The translations under genes were made by a program, and so were the position numbers. The notes beneath the pieces are model-generated. The model was not told the DNA's origin. It worked only from the letters and a program-made list of their open reading frames with translations, and made no database searches. 32,000 nucleotides of DNA from Paracoccus suum (lineage in GTDB: Bacteria > Pseudomonadota > Alphaproteobacteria > Rhodobacterales > Rhodobacteraceae): assembly GCF_003324675.1 (NCBI RefSeq), contig NZ_CP030918.1, positions 1,380,001 to 1,412,000 on the forward strand, written 5' to 3'. Position 1 is the stretch's first letter. Each line of letters opens with the position of its first letter. Shown here piece after piece: positions 1 to 7,644 of the stretch.

Positions 1-372
1 GTCATCTCGGACACGCTGGGTTATTTCGTCGGGCGCACCGTCGGCGGCCCGAAGTTCTGGCCCGCACTCAGCCCGAAAAAGACCTGGTCCGGCACCATCG
101 CTGGCTGGATCGGAGCGGCGCTGTTCGGTGCGCTGCTGGTGGCGCTGGCGCGCGGCGGAATACAGCTGATATTGCTGTCGCCGTTGGTCGCGCTGGCCGG
201 GCAGATGGGCGACATCGCGGAAAGCTGGCTGAAACGCCGGGCGGGGGTCAAGGACAGCTCGAACCTGATCCCCGGTCATGGCGGGTTCATGGACCGCTTT
301 GACGCGGTCTGCGGCGCGGTGCTGATGGTCAGCCTGCTGGACCTGGTCGGCCTGGTTCCGATCGAAGGATAG
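1..372 (+). CDS. cdsA: Phosphatidate cytidylyltransferase, C-terminal part (5' end outside window)
   Basis: Frame 1 is open from nt 1 to TAG at 370-372. Translation VISDTLGYFVGRTVGGPKFWPALSPKKTWSGTIAGW...SWLKRRAGVKDSSNLIPGHGGFMDRFD carries the CdsA signature (KR..KD....PGHGG..DR.D). It sits directly upstream of dxr, as in the conserved uppS-cdsA-dxr-rseP-bamA cluster. Confidence 0.85.
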   Translation, partial: VISDTLGYFVGRTVGGPKFWPALSPKKTWSGTIAGWIGAALFGALLVALARGGIQLILLSPLVALAGQMGDIAESWLKRRAGVKDSSNLIPGHGGFMDRFDAVCGAVLMVSLLDLVGLVPIEG

Positions 373-375
373 CCG

Positions 376-1542
376 ATGCGAAGCGTGACGATCCTCGGCG
401 CAACCGGCTCGGTCGGTGAGAGCGCGTTTGACCTGCTGGTTCGCGCCGGCGGGGCAGGGGCGTTGCGCACCGTTGCGCTGACCGGCGGACGGAATATCGC
501 GCGCCTCGCGCAGATGGCGCGCACCCTGCGGGCCGAGGTTGCCGTCACCGCGCATGAGGACGAATTGCCCGCCCTGCGCGCCGCGCTTGCGGGCAGCGAC
601 GTAGCTGCCGCTGCCGGAGTCGCCGCGCTGGTCGAGGCTGCCGCCCGTCCTGCCGACTGGACGCTGTCCGCCATCGTGGGGGCCGCCGGCCTCGCCCCCG
701 GTCTGGCCGTGCTGGAACGCGGCGGAACTCTTGCGCTTGCCAACAAGGAAACGCTCGTCGCCGCCGGCCGCCTGGTGATGGCCACCGCTACCCGCACCGG
801 TGCGCGCATCCTGCCGGTTGACAGTGAACATTCGGCGATCTTCCAGGCCCTTGGCAATGACGATCTGGCCTCGGTCGCGCGGGTGACGATCACCGCCTCG
901 GGCGGGGCGTTTCGCGATTGGCCGATGGAACGGCTGGCCCGGGCAACGGTGGCCGAGGCCTCGACCCACCCCAACTGGGCCATGGGCCAGCGGATCACCA
1001 TCGACAGCGCCAGCATGTTCAACAAGGCGCTGGAAGTCATTGAGGCGCATGAGTTCTTTGACCTCGCGCCAGACAAGATCGCAGTCCTGATCCACCCCGA
1101 AAGCATCGTGCACGCCCTGGTCGCCCATATAGATGGCGGCGTCATCGCCCACCTTGGCGCGCCGGACATGCGCCACGCCATCGGCTATGCGCTGAACTGG
1201 CCGGCCCGCGCTCCGCTGCCGGTGGCGGCGCTGGACCTGGCCGCGCAAGGCAGCCTCAGCTTTGCCGCGCCCAGCGAAGAGCGCTGGCCCGCCCTGCGCC
1301 TTGCGCGCGAGGTGATGGCGTCAGGGGGCGCCGCCGGGACCGTGCTCAACGCCGCCAAGGAAGAGGCGCTGGACCAGTTCATCGCCGGCCGCCTCACCTT
1401 TCCCGCCATGGCCGATGCGGTCGAGGCGGCGCTGGCCGCCGCCGCCGGGCAGGCCGGCTTTGCAGACAGCCCAACCGACCTCGACACCGTTCTGCACTGG
1501 GACGCCTACGCCCGCCGCATTGCCGCAAAGGCCCTTTCATGA
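376..1542 (+). CDS. dxr: 1-deoxy-D-xylulose 5-phosphate reductoisomerase
   Basis: 388 aa. N-terminal NADPH motif ILGATGSVGES, plus LANKE, DSEHSA and NKALEVIEAH motifs typical of Dxr. SD-like aggat overlaps the cdsA stop. Confidence 0.95.
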   Translation: MRSVTILGATGSVGESAFDLLVRAGGAGALRTVALTGGRNIARLAQMARTLRAEVAVTAHEDELPALRAALAGSDVAAAAGVAALVEAAARPADWTLSAIVGAAGLAPGLAVLERGGTLALANKETLVAAGRLVMATATRTGARILPVDSEHSAIFQALGNDDLASVARVTITASGGAFRDWPMERLARATVAEASTHPNWAMGQRITIDSASMFNKALEVIEAHEFFDLAPDKIAVLIHPESIVHALVAHIDGGVIAHLGAPDMRHAIGYALNWPARAPLPVAALDLAAQGSLSFAAPSEERWPALRLAREVMASGGAAGTVLNAAKEEALDQFIAGRLTFPAMADAVEAALAAAAGQAGFADSPTDLDTVLHWDAYARRIAAKALS

Positions 1543-2867
1543 CCGACCTGCTTCCTGCCTTTGGCAGCACGCTGCACACAGTGCTGGCCTTTGTCATTGC
1601 CCTCAGCGTGATCGTCGCGGTGCACGAGTTCGGCCATTACATCATCGGCCGTTGGTCGGGCATCCGCGCCGAAGTGTTCTCGATCGGCTTCGGGCCGCGC
1701 CTTGCGGCGCGCCGCGACCGGCACGGCACATTGTGGCAGATCGCGGCGGTTCCGCTGGGCGGCTATGTCCGGTTCCTGGGCGATACCAACGCCGCGAGCG
1801 CCGGCACGGCCAAACCGGTGCCCGGCCGCGCGCGGGAGACGCTGGAGGGCGCGCCGCTCTGGGCGCGGATGGCAACGGTCGCGGCCGGGCCGGGCTTCAG
1901 CTTTCTGCTGGCCATCGTGATTTTCGCCAGCTTTGCCCTGATCCGCGGCGTGCCGCTGGACCAACCAACCGTCGGCGCGCTGTCGCCAGTCCCGCCCGGG
2001 GTAACCAATCAGTTGCGCCCAGGCGACCGAATTACCGCCATCGCCGGCCAGCCGGTCAAGGAGTGGGCGGACATCGACCGGATCGCGGCAGACCTGCCCG
2101 CCGCGCCCGGTCAGGATTGGCAAGTTGCGCGTGACGGGGCCGAGATCACTGTTCCCGGCCCCGACCTGATGCCGGCCCGGATTGGCGGCGTGGCACCCGG
2201 CGGGGCGGCCGCTGACGCCGGCCTGCGCCCCGGCGATGTCATCGCTGCCATCGATGGCGCGCCGATCAGCCGCTTTGATCAATTACGACCCAAGGTCGAA
2301 GCCGCAGCGGGCGCTCCACTGACGTTGACGGTGTGGCGTGAAGATCGGGGTCCATTCGACGTGACCCTGGCCCCGCGCGAACAGGATCTGCCGCGAGCCG
2401 GCGGCGGCTTTGAAAAGCGCTGGCTGGTCGGCATCACCGGCGGGGGCAACTATTTCGCCCCCGCGCTGCGCCGCGCGGGCCCGGTGGAGGCGATTGGGCT
2501 CGGCCTCTCGACGACCTGGGGCGTGGTCGCAAGCTCGATCACCGGGATCGCGGCGATGGTCACCGGGCAGATCAGCAGCTGCAACATCGGCGGCGCGATC
2601 TCCATCGCCGAAAGCACCGGACAGGCCGCCGCCGTCGGCATCCCGGATTTCATCTGGTGGATCGGCATCCTGTCGGCCGCCATCGGTTTTCTGAACATCC
2701 TGCCGATCCCGGTTCTGGACGGCGGGCACCTCGCCTTTTACCTCTACGAGGCCGTCACTGGGCGCCGTCCGTCCGACCGCGTGACGCGCTGGCTGACCAG
2801 TATTGGCCTTGCCCTCGTGCTCGGACTGATGATTTTCGGCCTCTCTAACGACCTTTTCTGCGGCTGA
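1539..2867 (+). CDS. rseP: RIP zinc metalloprotease RseP (site-2 protease, M50 family)
   Basis: 442 aa. HEFGH zinc motif in the first TM segment, PDZ-like middle region, and C-terminal NILPIPVLDGGH motif. ATGA start/stop overlap with dxr. Confidence 0.93.
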   Translation: MTDLLPAFGSTLHTVLAFVIALSVIVAVHEFGHYIIGRWSGIRAEVFSIGFGPRLAARRDRHGTLWQIAAVPLGGYVRFLGDTNAASAGTAKPVPGRARETLEGAPLWARMATVAAGPGFSFLLAIVIFASFALIRGVPLDQPTVGALSPVPPGVTNQLRPGDRITAIAGQPVKEWADIDRIAADLPAAPGQDWQVARDGAEITVPGPDLMPARIGGVAPGGAAADAGLRPGDVIAAIDGAPISRFDQLRPKVEAAAGAPLTLTVWREDRGPFDVTLAPREQDLPRAGGGFEKRWLVGITGGGNYFAPALRRAGPVEAIGLGLSTTWGVVASSITGIAAMVTGQISSCNIGGAISIAESTGQAAAVGIPDFIWWIGILSAAIGFLNILPIPVLDGGHLAFYLYEAVTGRRPSDRVTRWLTSIGLALVLGLMIFGLSNDLFCG

Positions 2868-2871
2868 CCTT

Positions 2872-2900
2872 TTGACAGCCAAGCCTAATCAAGGCTACAT
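2872..2900 (+). promoter_or_regulatory. Candidate sigma-70-type promoter for bamA (TTGACA-N17-CTACAT)
   Basis: TTGACA at 2872-2877, a 17-nt spacer, and CTACAT at 2895-2900, within the 95-nt rseP-bamA gap. Sequence match only. Confidence 0.3.
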
Positions 2901-2962
2901 CTCGCGGCAAAAGACGGGTCTGCGCCAATGATGCGACAGCGCCCACAAGCGAGGGACCGGCA

Positions 2963-5365
2963 ATGACGAACACGACACTCGATACGCGGGGTCTGGGCCG
3001 GGGCGCTGTGGCGCTGGCGTTGACCTTGGCACTTGGGGTACCCGCTGCGGTCCTGACGGCGACGCCCGCCGCCGCCTACAGCTTCAGCGATGTGCGGATC
3101 GAAGGCGCCGACCGGATCGAGCCCGAGACGATCCTGTCCTATGCCAACCTCAGCCGCGGGGTAGATGTCAGCACGTCCGAGCTGAATGCCGCGCAGCAGC
3201 GCCTGCAGGCCTCGGGCCTGTTCGAGCGGGTCGAACTGGTTCCGAGCGGCAAGACGCTTGTCGTGCGCGTCAGCGAGTTTCCGATCATCGGCGCCATCAG
3301 CATCGAAGGCAACCGCCGCATCAAGGACGACAAGCTGACGCCCGTTGTTCAGTCCAAGTCGCGCCGCGTCTATTCCCCCTCGCAGGCCGAGGCCGACGCC
3401 GCCGCCATCGCCCAGGCGTATGCCGCCGAGGGGCGCCTGGCAGCGCGGGTCGAGCCGCGCATCATCCGCCGTCCGGGCAACCAGGTGGACCTGGTGTTCG
3501 AGGTCCGCGAAGGCGCCGTGACCGAGATCGAGCGCATCGGCTTCTCCGGTAACCGCGCGTTCAGCGACCGCCGCCTGCGCAACGTGCTGGCCACCAAGCA
3601 GGCCGGCATCCTGCGCGCCTTCATCAAGCGCGACACCTTTGCCCCCGACCGGCTGGAACTGGACGAGCGGCTGCTGACCGATTTTTACCGCTCGCGCGGC
3701 TTTGCAGATTTCAAGGTCCAGGCCGTTGCGCCCGAGATCGCGCGCGAGCGCGACGCGTTCTACATCACCTACCAGATCCAGGAAGGCCCGCAGTATCGGT
3801 TCGGCAATGTCTCGGTCACCAGCGAGATCCCGAATGTCGATGCGGCGCAGTTCAATGCCCAGAACCGGGTGCGGCGCGGGCAGATCTATAACCCGCAGGT
3901 GATCGACACCTCGATCACGCGGATGGAAAACCTTGCCTCGTCGCTTGGCCTCGACTTCGTCGCGGTCGAGCCGCGGGTGACGCGCAATCCGGCCTCCTCG
4001 ACGCTGGACCTGAACCTGGTGCTGACCCGCGGCCCGCGCGTGTTCGTCGAGCGGATCGACATCGAGGGCAACACCACCACCCTCGACCAGGTCATCCGCC
4101 GTCAGTTCCGCACCGTCGAGGGTGACCCCTTCAACCCGCGCGAAATCCGCCAGGCGGCCGAGCGTGTGCGTGCGCTGGGCTATTTCTCGAACGCCGACGT
4201 GAGCAGCCGCGAGGGCACTTCGCCCGAAAAGGTCATCGTCGACGTCAATGTCGAAGAGCAGCCGACCGGCAGCCTCAGTTTTGGCGCCAGCTACGGCGCC
4301 AATGCCGGCGTCGGCCTGAACGCCTCGCTGACCGAGGATAACTTCCTCGGGCGCGGCCAGCAGGTGGCGCTGGGCTTTACCACCGCCAAGGGCTCTCGGG
4401 CGCTGAACTTCAACTTTGTCGAGCCGTTCTTCCTGGGCCGCGATCTGCGGTGGCGGCTGTCGGGCAACTACCGCGAGACCAAGAACCTCGAGTCCGCGAC
4501 CTATGACAGCAAAGGCCTCTACCTCGGCACCGGCGTAGATTTTCCGGTGTCGGCCAATGGCCGGTTCGAGTTGCGCTACAGCTTCCGCTCGACGGATCTG
4601 AACGGCATCGACCCGCTGACCGTCACGCCCAGCACCACTGATCCTGGCAACTACCTGGTCACCGGCAGTTCGCCCCTGATCGAGGCAGACGAGGGGCGGC
4701 GCATCAGCTCGGCCCTCGGCTACGGCTATACCTATGACAGCCGGCGCGAGCGGGTGGACCCGCGCAATGCCTGGAAGCTGTCCTTTAGCCAGGACTTCGC
4801 CGGCGTCGGCGGCGACGTGAAATCGGTCCAAACCAACCTCGCGGCCGGGATCGAGAGCACCGCCTGGCGCGAGGACGTGACCATGCGCGCCGAGATCGAG
4901 GGCGGTTCGGTCAACATGCTGGACCATCAGGTCAGCCGCATCAGCGACCGTTTTGGCGGCTCGGCCATCCGCGGCTTTGAATCAAATGGCTACGGCCCGC
5001 GTGATTTCGTCGACCTGCCGAATGGCAAGCGCAAATATATCGACGCGCTGGGGGGCAACTTCTACTGGGTGGCGCGCGCCGAGGCGCAGTTCCCGCTGGG
5101 CCTGCCCGAGGAGTACAACATCACCGGCGGCGTGTTCGCCGACGTCGGCTCGGTCTGGGGCCTTGACCGCAAGTCGGTCGAGGCGCGTCCCAACTCGCCC
5201 GCGCATGACGTTGATGACGGCATGAAGCTGCGGGCCGCTGTGGGCCTGTCGCTGTTCTGGACGACCCCGGTCGGCCCGCTGCGGTTCAACTTTGCCAAGG
5301 CGCTGAAGAAAGAGGATTACGACAAGACGCAGACCTTCGATCTGACGATCTCGACCAAGTTCTGA
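2963..5365 (+). CDS. bamA: Outer membrane protein assembly factor BamA (Omp85)
   Basis: 800 aa. Signal peptide ending AAAYS, repeated POTRA-like segments (I.GN....D), and a C-terminal beta-barrel ending ...FDLTISTKF with terminal aromatic residue. SD gaggga lies upstream. Confidence 0.95.
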   Translation: MTNTTLDTRGLGRGAVALALTLALGVPAAVLTATPAAAYSFSDVRIEGADRIEPETILSYANLSRGVDVSTSELNAAQQRLQASGLFERVELVPSGKTLVVRVSEFPIIGAISIEGNRRIKDDKLTPVVQSKSRRVYSPSQAEADAAAIAQAYAAEGRLAARVEPRIIRRPGNQVDLVFEVREGAVTEIERIGFSGNRAFSDRRLRNVLATKQAGILRAFIKRDTFAPDRLELDERLLTDFYRSRGFADFKVQAVAPEIARERDAFYITYQIQEGPQYRFGNVSVTSEIPNVDAAQFNAQNRVRRGQIYNPQVIDTSITRMENLASSLGLDFVAVEPRVTRNPASSTLDLNLVLTRGPRVFVERIDIEGNTTTLDQVIRRQFRTVEGDPFNPREIRQAAERVRALGYFSNADVSSREGTSPEKVIVDVNVEEQPTGSLSFGASYGANAGVGLNASLTEDNFLGRGQQVALGFTTAKGSRALNFNFVEPFFLGRDLRWRLSGNYRETKNLESATYDSKGLYLGTGVDFPVSANGRFELRYSFRSTDLNGIDPLTVTPSTTDPGNYLVTGSSPLIEADEGRRISSALGYGYTYDSRRERVDPRNAWKLSFSQDFAGVGGDVKSVQTNLAAGIESTAWREDVTMRAEIEGGSVNMLDHQVSRISDRFGGSAIRGFESNGYGPRDFVDLPNGKRKYIDALGGNFYWVARAEAQFPLGLPEEYNITGGVFADVGSVWGLDRKSVEARPNSPAHDVDDGMKLRAAVGLSLFWTTPVGPLRFNFAKALKKEDYDKTQTFDLTISTKF

Positions 5366-6402
5366 TGCGGGGCGCGCGGCCCCTTGGTTTTGCTGTGGCC
5401 GCGCTACTCGCATGGCCCGCGTTGGCTCAGCCCGTGGGGGCACCTCAGCCGGTGGCGCCGGCTCAGGCCGCTCCGCAGGCCACCATCCTGACGCTCGATC
5501 AGGAGGCGCTGTATCGCGAATCGCGCTGGGGCAAGCGCGCACAAGCCGATCTGGAGGCTCGCTCCCGCGAATTGGCAGCCGAGAACGACCGCATCGCGGC
5601 CGAGCTGGAGGCCGAGGACGACACGCTGACCGCCCTCCGTCCGACCCTGCCCGAGGACGAATTCCGCCGCCGCGCCGACGCCTTCGACGCCAAAGTACAG
5701 AAGGTGCGGCAGGACCGCGATCAAGCCGGGCGCGAGTTGCTCGCCTCGGCCGACACCGACCGCACGACCTTCCTGAACGCGGCGCTGCCGGTCCTGACCG
5801 ACCTGATGCGCGAGCGCGGCGCAATCGCCCTGCTGGACCGGCGCACGGTGTTCCTGTCGATCGAACAGATTGATGTGACGGGCGCGCTGATCGCCCGGGT
5901 CGATGCGGCGTTGGGCGACAGGCCGGGGGCTGCAGCGACCACGCCGGGAACTGCGCCCGCTGCGCCGAGCGGCGGCGCCAACGCGCCCGCTGGCGGTGCA
6001 ACCGCGGCGCAAGGCCAAGCGGACGATCCCAGCTCTGCGACGCAGGGTGTGACCGAGGGTGCAGTGCGGAGCCAGCCGGATGATGCGAACACGGCGACGC
6101 CAGATGCGGCCGGGGGCGCACCACTAGGCCAACCGGCTGAGGCCGGCATGGCAACATCAACTACGGCTGTGAGCGTGCCGCAGGCCCAACCGGGTGAGGC
6201 GGACCCTGCGACGCCAGGTGCGAATGGGGGCAGGGCGCAGGGCCAACCCGGCGAGGCGATCGGGGCAACGCCCGGCGCGGCCGCCAATCCGCCTAGTCCA
6301 GGTCCGGCCGCCGCCCCGGATGCGACGCCCTCCGAGCCCATGCCCATGGCGCCAGTGCCTCAACCGGCGCAAGGCGCCGCACATGGTCCGGCCACGAACT
6401 AA
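5365..6402 (+). CDS. OmpH/Skp-family periplasmic chaperone with long Pro/Ala/Gly-rich C-terminal tail
   Basis: 345 aa. Signal peptide (LLAWPALAQP), then a roughly 150-aa coiled-coil-rich OmpH-like region (RELAAENDRIAAELEAE...FDAKVQKVRQDRD). It lies directly after bamA with a TGATG overlap. Residues from about 187 onward are low-complexity. Confidence 0.8.
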   Translation: MRGARPLGFAVAALLAWPALAQPVGAPQPVAPAQAAPQATILTLDQEALYRESRWGKRAQADLEARSRELAAENDRIAAELEAEDDTLTALRPTLPEDEFRRRADAFDAKVQKVRQDRDQAGRELLASADTDRTTFLNAALPVLTDLMRERGAIALLDRRTVFLSIEQIDVTGALIARVDAALGDRPGAAATTPGTAPAAPSGGANAPAGGATAAQGQADDPSSATQGVTEGAVRSQPDDANTATPDAAGGAPLGQPAEAGMATSTTAVSVPQAQPGEADPATPGANGGRAQGQPGEAIGATPGAAANPPSPGPAAAPDATPSEPMPMAPVPQPAQGAAHGPATN

Positions 6403-6552
6403 CTAGGCGTGCAAGTCGACCATGGGGAGTAACCACGGCGCAGGGTGGCCGAGAAGGCGGGTCAGAGCGGTGCACCACCCTGACCGACGCCCGATGGATC
6501 ACCTGCCGCTCTTACCATCGAGTGCGACCTACAAGACCTCCGCCCGACCCTT

Positions 6553-7500
6553 TCAGCCTCGCCCCAAGCGACCGATCCGCTCGGTCAGCAGCGCGAAGAA
6601 CCCCTCGCGGTCGACGTCGCGGATGAACATGGCGTTCGGCTGGCGTTCGGTCACGCCCCACCAATCGGCGACTGTCATCCCGGCGGTAAACTCGCCCCTG
6701 GTTTCGACCACCACGTTGATCTTCTTGCCGGAAAACAGCTCGGGCTTGATCAGCCAGGCCACGGCGCAGGGGTCATGCAGGGGCGCGCCCTCGCTGTTGT
6801 ATTTCGCCTTGTCGTAGCGCTCGAAGAAATCGGTCCAGCTTGCCACTGCTTCGCCGACGCGGGTGCCGACGGCGCGGATTCCGTCGACCCACGCGCGGTC
6901 GGTCAGGGCGCGATGGGTGACGTCCAGAGGCATGATGGTCAGCGGAACGCCGGCGCGAAACACCAGGTCCGCCGCCTCGGGGTCGACGTAGATGTTGAAC
7001 TCGGCGGCCGGGGTGACGTTGCCGACCTCGAAATAGGCGCCGCCCATGATCACGACCTCGGCGACGCGGGGAATGATGTCTGGGGCGCGGTCAAAGGCAG
7101 TCGCAACGTTGGTCAGCGGGCCGACGGCGACCAGCGTGACAGTGCCCGCAGGCTCTCGCCGCAGGGTGTCGATGATGAAGTCGACGGCATGCCCCTCGGC
7201 CAGGGGCTGGCGCGGCGGGCGCAATTCGATCCCGTCGAGGCCGGTCGAGCCATGCACGTTTTCGGCCGTGACCAGCTTGCGCGCCAAGGGCGCGTCGCAG
7301 CCCGCATGGACGGGCAGGTCGGGGCGACCGCCAAGCTCGCAGATGACCCGCGCGTTCCGCGAGGTTAGGTCCAGCGGCACGTTGCCCGCGACCGTGGTCA
7401 CCCCGAGGATTTCGATTTCCGCCGGCGAGGCGATGGCCAGCAGCAGCGCGACGGCGTCGTCCTGCCCCGGATCGGTGTCAAAGATGATCTTGCGCGTCAT
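6553..7500 (-). CDS. Nucleoside hydrolase (inosine/uridine-preferring family)
   Basis: N-terminus MTRKIIFDTDPGQDDAVALLLA carries the IU-nucleoside hydrolase DxDxxxDD fingerprint. Start trimmed from the ORF-track start at 7566 to the ATG at 7500, which restores the canonical N-terminus. Confidence 0.85.
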   Translation of the reverse strand: MTRKIIFDTDPGQDDAVALLLAIASPAEIEILGVTTVAGNVPLDLTSRNARVICELGGRPDLPVHAGCDAPLARKLVTAENVHGSTGLDGIELRPPRQPLAEGHAVDFIIDTLRREPAGTVTLVAVGPLTNVATAFDRAPDIIPRVAEVVIMGGAYFEVGNVTPAAEFNIYVDPEAADLVFRAGVPLTIMPLDVTHRALTDRAWVDGIRAVGTRVGEAVASWTDFFERYDKAKYNSEGAPLHDPCAVAWLIKPELFSGKKINVVVETRGEFTAGMTVADWWGVTERQPNAMFIRDVDREGFFALLTERIGRLGRG

Positions 7501-7644
7501 GGGCGATCCAAAGGCTGATTTCGGATCGCTGTCTAGCGCGCCGGTGCGAAACATTCCAATCACCAACGGTCCAACTTGCTAAACTTGAACCCATGTCGCG
7601 GCGCGCCGGTTGACGAGGGCGGGGCGCCCGACTAGCTGACCGGC

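Noticed and set aside
2885-4927. 680-aa ORF antisense to bamA. Similar long antisense or out-of-frame ORFs occur at 276..1181, 4982..6160, 7579..9042, 9354..10469, 15145..16989, 18165..19460, 20233..21657 and 23414..24289.
   Set aside because: Stop codons are rare in every frame of DNA this GC-rich. These ORFs lie opposite or inside genes with unmistakable conserved products. Their translations are Arg/Ala/Gly/Pro-rich low-complexity strings with no recognisable motifs, and the annotated frames are the ones with high third-position GC.
6441-6482. Inverted repeat cagggtgg...ccaccctg considered as a terminator for skp or the nucleoside hydrolase gene, or as a small RNA or tRNA-like element.
   Set aside because: It has an 8-bp stem with a 26-nt loop and no flanking T/A tract. 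No T-loop (GTTCGAATC-like) or other tRNA features occur in the 150-nt spacer. It is kept only as a note under the synteny-break finding.
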